Shown: positions 17,171 to 25,385 of the stretch, piece after piece
Layout: the number at the start of each line of letters is the position of its first letter
Position numbering within the stretch: position 1 is the stretch's first letter
IMG/VR virus record: IMGVR_UViG_3300015371_000008
Coordinates: 1-64,000 of that record
Reading direction: 5' to 3' (one strand)
Origin: a virus
Length of the DNA: 64,000 bases
The notes under the pieces: generated by a model
The model's input: only the letters and a program-made list of their open reading frames with translations
Told to the model about the DNA's origin: nothing
Databases searched by the model: none
Translations under genes and position numbers: made by a program

Positions 17171-17357
17171 CGTCCGAAGCGTACGGGTTCACCTGGTAGA
17201 GCTGCTCCCGAAGCTTGTCGTAGTCGAGAACGAGGGCCTCAGTTCGACCGTCACTGGGGATTCGCATGAGGACGGCATGCCCGTCCTCATCCCACCCCAA
17301 CTCGTAGGGGTTGCCGACTTTGTCATGACACGTTTTCCACGATCCACTGAACTTCAT
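17157..17357 (-). CDS. small hypothetical protein
   Basis: AAGGAGG SD. Confidence 0.65.
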   Translation of the reverse strand: MKFSGSWKTCHDKVGNPYELGWDEDGHAVLMRIPSDGRTEALVLDYDKLREQLYQVNPYASDGDDT

Positions 17358-17381
17358 GCTGTCCCTCCTTTCTCTGTGACG

Positions 17382-17457
17382 TACCGCTGGCCGGAATTGA
17401 ACCGGCGACCTTCAGATTGAGAATCTGACGACCCGAACCAGCAGAGTCTTCAGCGGC
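17382..17457 (-). tRNA. tRNA-Glu(CTC)
   Basis: Loop TTCTCAA. Confidence 0.85.
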
Positions 17458-17567
17458 CTTGTGACATCCGGACTCGAACGAGCCGGTACGTATGCCCACC
17501 GTACGAATTACCGCGCGGACCTTCGTACAGTGCGGTACCGCTGGGGAGTGCCACGCCCCCCGGGCCG

Positions 17568-17640
17568 TGCTCGCAGCAGGATTCGAACCTGCGGTCTCCT
17601 CCTCCGGAGGGAGGCGCCTTGTCCTCTGGGCCATACGAGC
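17568..17640 (-). tRNA. tRNA-Arg(CCG)
   Basis: Loop CTCCGGA. Confidence 0.9.
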
Positions 17641-17644
17641 GTGC

Positions 17645-17770
17645 GTTAGATCATGGGCGCCTGCCGGGGAGTCGAACCCCTCTACGACTTGGATGCGCAT
17701 CCGCTGCCGCTTCGCCGGACCTGGAGTCGAACCGGATCATGATCTAACTTGCGACGTTGTACACCGTCGC
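17645..17770 (-). ncRNA. double T-loop RNA, long copy
   Basis: 11-bp terminal stem, two GGTTCGACTCC hairpins, 5' GCGACG hairpin. Confidence 0.6.
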
Positions 17771-17772
17771 CG

Positions 17773-17847
17773 TGCCGCTGACCGGAATCGAACCGGCGAC
17801 CTCCAGGGTGAAAGCCTGGCAACCCAACCAGCAGGGTCTTCAGCGGC
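17773..17847 (-). tRNA. tRNA-Glu(TTC)
   Basis: Loop CTTTCAC. Confidence 0.87.
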
Positions 17848-17885
17848 ATTGCCCGATTGCGGCTCGGGGCGGCCGTCGGACAACG

Positions 17886-18044
17886 TCAACTCTTCCCCTT
17901 GGAAGCACGGGCCGCGAGGCGCCTTTCGTAGTTCTGTTTGGCCCTAGCGTTCGACTCCCTAAGGTCCTTCCTCATCTGAGCTACGCCCTCGATCAGCACG
18001 ACGACGGCGTCACCAACTGTCAACTTTCTGCGCAATATGATCAC
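17886..18044 (-). CDS. small hypothetical protein
   Basis: GTG after AGGAGG. Confidence 0.5.
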   Translation of the reverse strand: MIILRRKLTVGDAVVVLIEGVAQMRKDLRESNARAKQNYERRLAARASKGKS

Positions 18045-18272
18045 CTCCTCCTGGTCATATTCACGATCGGCCCTCGGTCCCACCCCTGCGCGGCGCGTGT
18101 ACACCACGCCGCACAGGCTCCCGAGGTCTCTCCGCCCCGTCCGCCGATCGCTAAGCCGCCTTCTGTCCGAGGGTGACGGCCCCCATACCCATGGGTGGAC
18201 ACTGTGCTGAGAGGGCCGCAGGTCCCCGCGTACGGCGTACCTGCGCTGCCAGGCCAAAGGACCCTCTCACCG

Positions 18273-18343
18273 CGCCTGCGACGGGATTTGAACCCGCGCC
18301 CCCCACGCTGACAACGTGGTGCTCTGCCTTGAGCTACACAGGC
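18273..18343 (-). tRNA. tRNA-Asp(GTC)
   Basis: Loop TTGTCAG, G73. Confidence 0.9.
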
Positions 18344-18376
18344 TTGCCGTGCAGGCGGTCACCCGCACGGGGATGG

Positions 18377-18508
18377 TTACTCGTCGTGCCAGGAACCTGG
18401 CCCGCACGGGTTCTTCTTGCAGTCAGCGCACACGCCCGGATTGGCGATGTCGTTGACCATCATGTGAACGCCGCAACAGGTGCAGTCCGCAACGCCGGAT
18501 TCAGCCAT
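18377..18508 (-). CDS. small Cys-rich protein
   Basis: AGGAGG plus GAGCGAC hairpin; CxxC pairs. Confidence 0.6.
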   Translation of the reverse strand: MAESGVADCTCCGVHMMVNDIANPGVCADCKKNPCGPGSWHDE

Positions 18509-18775
18509 ATCGTCCTCCTGGTAAAGGGGTCGCTCTCCCTTTGCGATCACAGGCATTTTGCGGGGGAGTGGCCCTCCTGGCTGACGTCCGGACGTCTCCA
18601 GGTCAGTTCCCCCTCCGTGATGGGATTGCCTCGATTGAGGACGACCGGCCACCTCACCGGATCCCCGGCGGTTCCCGGCAGGCGACCGAAGCCGCCTACC
18701 GGACTGGAGACTCATCACGGGTGATCGGCGCGTTTTCCCGGGAACCACCCCGAAGATTGGCGCCGAACCACTGCG

Positions 18776-18847
18776 TAGCGACAGCAGGGTTCGAACCTGC
18801 GACCTTCTCGTTATGAGCGAGGCGCTCTACCACTGAGCTATGCCGCC
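18776..18847 (-). tRNA. tRNA-Met(CAT) elongator (or Ile2)
   Basis: Loop CTCATAA. Confidence 0.9.
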
Positions 18848-18866
18848 AGAAATCATCGACAGACGT

Positions 18867-19091
18867 CTACGCCAGGTCATAGCCGCCACGCGGGTCGATA
18901 TCGTCAATAGCGATTCCTTCGGCAAGACACAGGGCTCCGCGAGCATCTGCCATCGACGTTCGCAGATCAGCCAACGCCACCGAGTCACCGCGCTCCTTCG
19001 CCAAGCGCATGTCACCTGCCAGACTGAGCATCAGGTACTTGGGGTGAAGTTCCAACCCAAGGGGGATCTTGGTCACATGAACCTCCAGCAT
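18867..19091 (-). CDS. hypothetical protein
   Basis: ORF track. Confidence 0.5.
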   Translation of the reverse strand: MLEVHVTKIPLGLELHPKYLMLSLAGDMRLAKERGDSVALADLRTSMADARGALCLAEGIAIDDIDPRGGYDLA

Positions 19092-19222
19092 TGGGGGTGG
19101 TAAAAACGGACCCCCCGGCGAACGGGTTACCCCCGCCCTACGCGGCCCTCAGGGGCTCTCAGGTCCGCGATTTCGCATGGATCGGGGGATCCGGTCGGGA
19201 CGTCCGCGAGAACGTCCCTGCG

Positions 19223-19294
19223 TGCGGATGACAGGATTCGAACCTGCGCACTCCTCGCCCCAAACGAGGTGGGCTACCACTGCCCTACATCCAC
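19223..19294 (-). tRNA. tRNA-Pro(TGG)
   Basis: Loop TTTGGGG. Confidence 0.88.
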
Positions 19295-19299
19295 AGTGA

Positions 19300-19368
19300 C
19301 GGGTACTTCGGGGGCTGTTTCCTCTTGCGTCGGAGCGACCAACCACGGAGCGCTCCCCGAAGTACCCG
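19300..19368 (-). ncRNA. candidate antisense sRNA against GAGCGAC+SD leaders
   Basis: Perfect 14-bp closing stem; loop contains CTCCGTGGTTGGTCGCTCCG. Confidence 0.55.
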
Positions 19369-19371
19369 AAG

Positions 19372-19441
19372 TGGACCGGCGGGATCCGAGCCCCCGCATC
19401 CGCCCCCCGTCGGAGGCGAGTCTTCCTTAGACTGACGGCCC
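19372..19441 (-). pseudogene. degenerate Ala-type tRNA
   Basis: GGGCCG/CGGTCC acceptor; broken T and anticodon loops. Confidence 0.5.
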
Positions 19442-19481
19442 TGATGATGTTCCGATCATCTGCGGTGTGTGCGCAACACAG

Positions 19482-19554
19482 TGGACCTGAGAGGACTCGA
19501 ACCTCCCGCCTACGCCCTGCCGAGGCGTCGCTCTACCTGATGAGCTACAGGCCC
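19482..19554 (-). tRNA. tRNA-Ala(GGC)
   Basis: G3:U70, loop TCGGCAG. Confidence 0.88.
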
Positions 19555-19739
19555 ATATGGGACGGGCGCCGGGTACAGCCGGTTCTCCCGGTGTGGCGAT
19601 CGGCTTCTGCTTCTCGCCCGTCCAGAGGGGACTTACCCGACCCCTCGGCGGTGGGACATATCCGGTCCCTGCGGAGGCAGCCTTTCCAGTGTTTTTGAAA
19701 GGAGATTCCGGTCGGCTGCCACCCACCTGTCTTCTCCTT

Positions 19740-19807
19740 GTGGACCGGCCAGATTCGAACTGGCGACTATCCCCGCTAAGGGTTGCCACGCCAACGGCTG
19801 CGGTCCT
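19740..19807 (-). pseudogene. tRNA-like, anticodon uncertain (AGC?)
   Basis: Good T arm, 6-bp acceptor, weak anticodon stem. Confidence 0.5.
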
Positions 19808-19884
19808 GGGGATCATCCACGAGGTGCTAGACCGAACGTCGGTGACTAGTACGACGCTCACGCTTGCCTCCCGGCTTCACCCTT

Positions 19885-19957
19885 GCGCACCGACGGGATT
19901 CGAACCCGCACCCTTCCCCTGGCCTTACGGGGTGCTCTCGCCATGAGCTGCGGCGCG
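19885..19957 (-). tRNA. tRNA with non-canonical anticodon loop (undetermined)
   Basis: Good acceptor, D and T arms; loop GTAAGGCCA. Confidence 0.6.
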
Positions 19958-20096
19958 TCCGACGGTCAGGTGTGCAGGTGGCCTGCCTGCGTCTGCCGCC
20001 GGAAGTTGGTGGGGCCCGCAGGTGAGCGCCGTGGCGCAGGAACCCCTTCGCGTCTGACTGTGCGCCAGCGCGTCGGGCACCGTATTGGACCCCGCG

Positions 20097-20166
20097 TGGA
20101 CCTGGAGAGATTCGAACTCGTCTTCCCGCACCTTGCAAGGGTGGGGCGTCCCCTGGACTCAAGCCC
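20097..20166 (-). tRNA. tRNA-Ala(TGC)
   Basis: G3:U70, loop CTTGCAA; short D arm, weak T stem. Confidence 0.75.
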
Positions 20167-20170
20167 GTGG

Positions 20171-20554
20171 GGGTGGATGCCGGTCGCCGGGTGCACGAAT
20201 CGTGCGCCGACCGGTAGCGGGAATCACTGACCATCTGGGGTTAGCTACCCGCCGGGCCATGGCGCCGCGTCATCGCGGAACCTGTTGGCTTCCGGCATCC
20301 ACCCGATCCCCTTGCCTCATTCGCGGCGCATGACAGTTACCGGCGGACCGGGTTGTGGGCTGTGAATGAGGTTCGGGAATTCTTTCATATGCCCCGGGAT
20401 GGCGCCCGGGGCGAAGTCGGCGTGTACGGGACCGTGGGTCGCCGGAAGCGAGTCGGCGCGGTGTTGCCGCGTTCGCTTGGCCCGTGAGGCGTTTGCTTGG
20501 CGACAGGTCCGGGCTAGGGTCGCATATCCGGCGGCCCACGGAGCCCGTGCACAC
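20171..20554. ncRNA. putative large structured RNA
   Basis: Several long-range stems, no convincing ORF. Confidence 0.45.
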
Positions 20555-20573
20555 CTTTCTTAGGTGTCTTCTT

Positions 20574-20609
20574 CCACTGTTGAGTTTTCAACGCGCCCCG
20601 GCTGGGGCT
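20574..20609 (-). promoter_or_regulatory. rrn-like boxB-boxA antitermination element
   Basis: GCCCC-AGCC-GGGGC hairpin then TTGAAAACTCAACAG. Confidence 0.55.
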
Positions 20610-20648
20610 CCTACCCGTACACACCCCGTGGTGGCGGTGTGGGGTGCG

Positions 20649-20720
20649 CACCGATGGCTGGATTCGAACCAGCAGTCCTCGCCTTAACAGGGCGGCGCTC
20701 TGCCATTGAGCTACATCGGT
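20649..20720 (-). tRNA. tRNA-Asn(GTT)
   Basis: Loop CTGTTAA, G73. Confidence 0.92.
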
Positions 20721-20958
20721 ATGGAGTTTGGGGCCGGGGCGGTGGTGAAGCCGCCCCGGGATTCAGGTTCCCGGTCGGGCGGCTTCGGTGTCATCCGGTT
20801 TTCCGGATTTACACGTCTGCCACCCGTTCGGAGGCGAAGCCCGTGTCGGGGTGCACCAGGCGCGTGTGGCTCTGGGTCCCGGTGTTCGGGTCTGTGGCCT
20901 GTCGGTTGGTCACCTGCTGTGCACCTCCTGCCGTGTTCTTCGTTCTTTCGATAACCCA

Positions 20959-20988
20959 AAGGTACAGTCATCTAGCACGAGACGTCAA
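20959..20988 (-). promoter_or_regulatory. promoter of the tRNA array (class I variant)
   Basis: TTGACG-18-TACCTT, box TGCTAGATG, A-rich upstream element. Confidence 0.8.
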
Positions 20989-21029
20989 GAGGTATTTCTG
21001 GTTTCTTTTGTATAGACAAGAACCGCAGG

Positions 21030-21449
21030 TCAGGCCGCTGCCAGGCCCTCCTCCGGCTCGCCCTCGGCCAGGACGGATCCGGCGGGCAGCGTCTCCTGCT
21101 CCGGCGGAGACGGCGGGGAGACCATGTCGGCGAGGCGGCCGACCGTGGCGGCGGCGGCCACCGGGTCGGCACGCAGCAGCAGCCCGGCCAGTTCGCCGAC
21201 CACCTGCGCAACCATGGCGGGGGGTAGGAGGTAGAGGGCGCGGACCCGGTCGGTGGTGTCGTCCACCACGCCGCCGACGGCGTAGGCGATAGTGATCTCT
21301 CCGGCGACGGGGTGTTCGATGAGGCATCCGTCGGTGCCAGTGACGACGATGCCGTAGCGGGTGTCCACCTTGCGGCCGTTGTCGTCGTGGGTCATGGCCT
21401 GTCCGGAGATACTGCCGGGCAGGAACCGGGGGTTGGTGGTTTCCATCAT
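21030..21449 (-). CDS. hypothetical protein
   Basis: GGGAG SD plus GAGCGAC leader. Confidence 0.7.
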   Translation of the reverse strand: MMETTNPRFLPGSISGQAMTHDDNGRKVDTRYGIVVTGTDGCLIEHPVAGEITIAYAVGGVVDDTTDRVRALYLLPPAMVAQVVGELAGLLLRADPVAAAATVGRLADMVSPPSPPEQETLPAGSVLAEGEPEEGLAAA

Positions 21450-21542
21450 GTGGTGCTCCCAGGGGTCGCTCTTACCCGTTGAAGATTGGCCGCATCATGA
21501 CACAGGGGTGCGGCGGGCGGTAGCGAGGCGGTAACGGGGCGT

Positions 21543-21860
21543 TTACGGGACATTGCCGGGCAGAACATCAGAATCGATGATCAGGGTGACGCCGAACAGC
21601 TTCGCCCACGCCATCCCCGGTCGGGGAGAAACGGCCAGGTTGAACCGGGTCGTACGGGGCTGCGCCCCGGCCGGGGTCTCCATGAACATCTCCCATGCTT
21701 CACCCTGGGCACAATCCAGCAACAAAAAAGCTTCACCCGACGTGATCAGCATGGCGGCGCGCACCGTTGCGGTATCCAGCCCACCCGACTGCAACGCCAT
21801 GGCGAAGGCGTAGACCCGCTGGATCAGCTCACGGGCACCCGGCGGCAGCGACGCGGTCAT
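21543..21860 (-). CDS. hypothetical protein (leaderless)
   Basis: ATG 7 nt after class II -10. Confidence 0.6.
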   Translation of the reverse strand: MTASLPPGARELIQRVYAFAMALQSGGLDTATVRAAMLITSGEAFLLLDCAQGEAWEMFMETPAGAQPRTTRFNLAVSPRPGMAWAKLFGVTLIIDSDVLPGNVP

Positions 21861-21867
21861 GACGGCC

Positions 21868-21898
21868 AGCATGGGAGGAGCGAGGCGCTTACGTCTCG
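21868..21898 (-). promoter_or_regulatory. class II promoter variant
   Basis: CGAGAC-N19-CATGCT-N7-ATG. Confidence 0.6.
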
Positions 21899-22181
21899 CC
21901 CTGACCGGCGGCCGATACGCTAAATAACGGCTACCATGGGCCCGTCACTTGCCGCCCTTTGCATGGGGTGGCTGGTGGTCGGAGATATCCCTCTTGGGAG
22001 TCGGCGGACCCACCTTGCCCCGCAGGCGCCCGCGATGAGGGAGGCGGCACATCGAGGGCCTGACGGCGGCCAAAGAGTCGCGCACCCCTTCGGCGTAAGA
22101 CCTACCCGTTGAGCCCAGCTCCGGGGGGCGGTCGAGGATCGCGCGGACCGCGCTGTCAGATCACCCTCGATGTTGTCGTTT

Positions 22182-22502
22182 TCAGGCGGCCACACGTACC
22201 CGGCGGCTGGTGTTCAGTCGTCCGGCGGCGTGCAGTCTCTCCACGACCACCCGCGCCCGGTCCCGGTCGGTGACGCGGTCGGTCCACATGTCGGCGAGTG
22301 CCTGAGTTCCCATCTCGACGCAGGCGTCAATACCGGCGCGGTCGGCGGGGTCGATGGCGGCCGGACGCACCGCCTCGTTAATGTGCCGCAGAGTGGGCCC
22401 GATGCCGGTAATCGGGGTCGGGCACTTCAGGCACTCACGGTAGCCGTCTTCGTTCCGCCATTCGACGGCCTGGTGGTCGTAGGGCTTCACCACGGTCATC
22501 AC
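22182..22502 (-). CDS. hypothetical protein
   Basis: ORF track, GAGGGG SD. Confidence 0.65.
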   Translation of the reverse strand: MMTVVKPYDHQAVEWRNEDGYRECLKCPTPITGIGPTLRHINEAVRPAAIDPADRAGIDACVEMGTQALADMWTDRVTDRDRARVVVERLHAAGRLNTSRRVRVAA

Positions 22503-22598
22503 CCCTCTGACCTGATCATACCCAGATGTCGTTGCACACGCACTTAGTTTCCAAGTGGGGTAATCTTCGCTCCCCTGCGGCGGAACCAGGCGGCGGCC

Positions 22599-22895
22599 TC
22601 ACCCCTTGCCGGACCGGTTCTTCGCCGCCAGGACGCGAGACAGACCCTGCACGGTGAGCCGGTACCGGCGGCGGGGGAGTATCTCCTCCCCATACTGGTC
22701 GATCTCTGTCATCTCCCAGTGGGAGTTGATCCAGTCGGAGCGTTCCAGCCTGGCCAGATCGGGATACAGGTTGCCCGACCACGACAGGTTCAGCGCGTGG
22801 TAGAGGTCGATCCCCGTCATCCCCCCATCGGGCCCGTTGAACAGGGCGACCAGGATCGCCACCTGTCGCTTGACCCGCCGCTTCCTCCCGAACAT
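22599..22895 (-). CDS. PadR-like winged-helix protein
   Basis: SGNLYPDLARLERSDWINSHWE...RRRYRLTVQG. Confidence 0.8.
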   Translation of the reverse strand: MFGRKRRVKRQVAILVALFNGPDGGMTGIDLYHALNLSWSGNLYPDLARLERSDWINSHWEMTEIDQYGEEILPRRRYRLTVQGLSRVLAAKNRSGKG

Positions 22896-23260
22896 CACGC
22901 GGACTCCTTCAGGGCCTTGTCGTACTCGATCAGGGCGGCGGCCAGGGCCGACTGGTGGATGTCGGTGTAGAACGCCTGCCAGGATTCGCCGAACTCGTGT
23001 TGGGCCCATGAGCGGACGATATGGAAGGCGGCCCAGGCGCGCGCCTCCGGGCCGTCCTGGTCGGTGTGGACCTGGCCGCGCCGTTCCTGCATGGCGGCCA
23101 GCGCCGGTCCGCCGAGGAGGCGGGCGCATTCGGTGCAGTTGAGTCCGGCGGGGTGGTTGACGCTGCGGCAGGGCCGCAGCCCCTTCTCATCTTCGGGGTG
23201 CGCCGGTGTGGGGTGGCCGCACATGGTGCAGTGGGTGAACTCCGTGTCCGTGTCGCTCAT
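22895..23260 (-). CDS. hypothetical zinc-binding protein
   Basis: CxxCGH...CxxC; GAGGAGG SD. Confidence 0.7.
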   Translation of the reverse strand: MSDTDTEFTHCTMCGHPTPAHPEDEKGLRPCRSVNHPAGLNCTECARLLGGPALAAMQERRGQVHTDQDGPEARAWAAFHIVRSWAQHEFGESWQAFYTDIHQSALAAALIEYDKALKESA

Positions 23261-23283
23261 ACGGACCTCCTCATGTGTTGGTG

Positions 23284-23565
23284 TTACGGCGTTTGGGTGA
23301 TCTTCTTCTCTGCTTGCCGCAGGCACGTCTTACAGGTGCGTGAATCCCGGGGCCAGTCAATCTTGCGGTAGTCGCGGTCGGTGGGCAGCCAAACCTGGCG
23401 CCCACACAACGCCCTGTAGGGAACCTTGTAACCTTCGAACCGGGCAGGCCGGGGGCTGCCTGCGGTGGTGGAGCCCTGCGGCACGGCATGGTCTGTGAAT
23501 CCGACGCCGAAGTCCCGCCCCACCCAGAAGGTGGCCGGGGCGGCTGGGCGGCCGTTGCCGGTCAT
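23284..23565 (-). CDS. hypothetical protein
   Basis: ATGA overlap; ALCG...CKTC. Confidence 0.6.
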   Translation of the reverse strand: MTGNGRPAAPATFWVGRDFGVGFTDHAVPQGSTTAGSPRPARFEGYKVPYRALCGRQVWLPTDRDYRKIDWPRDSRTCKTCLRQAEKKITQTP

Positions 23566-24020
23566 GGCGTTTCCGGGGTTTGCCGGTCGATGGCATGCCG
23601 TGCTGCGTCGGCGGCCATGGCGAGCATGGCCAGGAACAGTTTGGCCAGCCTGTCAGACTCCTCCTGCCAGTAGGGCTTCAGGATGGCGGCCATCATCTGG
23701 TGGTCGTCGTTCTTGTAGCAAGTGACCAACCTGATGACGTCGCGCCCTTCCGGTGACATGGTGGTCTGGTCAAGGGTGACGGGCTGCCCGGTGGTGACGT
23801 CGATGATTTCGACGTACCAGAAGTCTCCGCCAGATGGGCCGTCGCTCATCTGGTCGGCTATGAGGTGGGCCCAGGCGCACATGGCGCCGTGGACGGCCCT
23901 AATGCCATGTTCGACGATCAGTGAGGTTGCGGTGGCGGCCATTTCGCGGTCGCCTGCGAGGGCGGCGATGAGGGCCGTCTTGACGGCTTCGCCCACCTCG
24001 GGTGGCATGGTCTTGGACAT
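23562..24020 (-). CDS. hypothetical protein
   Basis: ORF track. Confidence 0.7.
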   Translation of the reverse strand: MSKTMPPEVGEAVKTALIAALAGDREMAATATSLIVEHGIRAVHGAMCAWAHLIADQMSDGPSGGDFWYVEIIDVTTGQPVTLDQTTMSPEGRDVIRLVTCYKNDDHQMMAAILKPYWQEESDRLAKLFLAMLAMAADAARHAIDRQTPETP

Positions 24021-24029
24021 TGGTGGTCC

Positions 24030-25385
24030 CTAGGAGTTGTGGGGCTGGGCCATATCGACGAATCTGCTGTAGTGGCCCTGGAAGGCGACGGTGATCGTCG
24101 TTGTGGGGCCATTGCGGTGTTTCGCGACAATAAAGTCCGCTTCGCCTGCGCGGGGGCTTTCCTTTGTGTAGGCGTCTTCGCGGTGCAGCAGGAGAACCAT
24201 GTCCGCATCCTGCTCTATCGATCCGCTTTCACGTAGATGGACCAATTCAGGGCGTTTGTCGGCTTTCTGCTCCGGGCCCCGGTTCAGCTGCGACATCGCC
24301 ACCACGGGAATCTCCAGCTCCTTGGCCAGCAGCTTGATCGACCGGGAGATCTCCGACACCTCATTCTGCCGATTCTCCGACCGGCTGCTGCCCGACGACA
24401 TCAACTGCATGTAGTCGATGACGACGAACCGCAGGTCGTGCCGCTCCTTCAACCGGCGGGCCTTGGCCCGGATCTGCATCATGTTCTGATTGGCGGTGTC
24501 GTCGATGAACAGCGGCGCCTCGGTGATGGCGGCCATCCGCTTGGCCATGCGGGTCCAGTCGTCTTCGCCGAGTGTGCCGCTTCGGATGCCGTGCAGGACG
24601 ACGCGCGCCTCGGCGGCCAGCAGGCGTTGCACGATCTCCAGCCGGGACATTTCCAGGCTGAAGATGGCGGTGGTCAAACCATGCTTGATGGCGGCATTTC
24701 GGGCGAAGTCGAGTCCGAGGGTCGATTTGCCGATGGCGGGCCTGGCCGCCACGACGATCATCTGCTGTGGGTGGAGTCCCCCGGTGAGCCGGTCCAGATC
24801 CTCGAAACCGGTCGGGATGCCGACCAGCTCGCCGCCCCGGCCGCCCGCCGCCTCGATCTCGTCCAGGGCGCCCGGCATGATGTCGGACAGCGGGGCGTAG
24901 TCGTCGCTGGGCCGCAGCCCTGGCACCTTGCCCAGCTCCGCCTGGGCCCGCTCCAGAACCGCGTCAGCGCTTTCCCCAGCCGGGTTCCGCGCCCAGCTCT
25001 GCACCCGGATCGTTGCTTCCAGCAGGCGGCGCAGCACCGCCTGCTCACGCACGATCTTGGCGTAGTGGGAGGCGTTGACAGCCGTCGGCGTCACCGCCGT
25101 CAGCTCATGCAGATACAGCGGCCCGCCGACGCGACCCCCTTCCCCGTTGTTCTGCAGCACGCTGTAGACGGTGACGGTGTCGGCCGGTTTGCCCTTGCCG
25201 AACAAGTCCACGACCACGTCGTAGATCATCTGGTGGGCTGGGCGGTAGAAGTCGTCCGCCTTCACCACCTCCACCACGTCGGAGATGGCGTCGCGGGACA
25301 TCAGCATGGCGCCCAGCACCGACTGCTCCGCTTCGATGTTGTGCGGCGGAGGCGTCTCGAAATCCGCCTCCAGCATGTCGGTCAC
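24030..25385 (-). CDS. dnaB: replicative DNA helicase
   Basis: PPHNIEAEQSVLG, AARPAIGKST, IDYMQLM, LRESGSIEQDAD. Confidence 0.97.
   Translation of the reverse strand: MTDMLEADFETPPPHNIEAEQSVLGAMLMSRDAISDVVEVVKADDFYRPAHQMIYDVVVDLFGKGKPADTVTVYSVLQNNGEGGRVGGPLYLHELTAVTPTAVNASHYAKIVREQAVLRRLLEATIRVQSWARNPAGESADAVLERAQAELGKVPGLRPSDDYAPLSDIMPGALDEIEAAGGRGGELVGIPTGFEDLDRLTGGLHPQQMIVVAARPAIGKSTLGLDFARNAAIKHGLTTAIFSLEMSRLEIVQRLLAAEARVVLHGIRSGTLGEDDWTRMAKRMAAITEAPLFIDDTANQNMMQIRAKARRLKERHDLRFVVIDYMQLMSSGSSRSENRQNEVSEISRSIKLLAKELEIPVVAMSQLNRGPEQKADKRPELVHLRESGSIEQDADMVLLLHREDAYTKESPRAGEADFIVAKHRNGPTTTITVAFQGHYSRFVDMAQPHNS

Noticed and set aside
7273-20720. CRISPR-like periodicity of GGATTCGAACC
   Set aside because: These are tRNA T loops with irregular spacing; no cas genes
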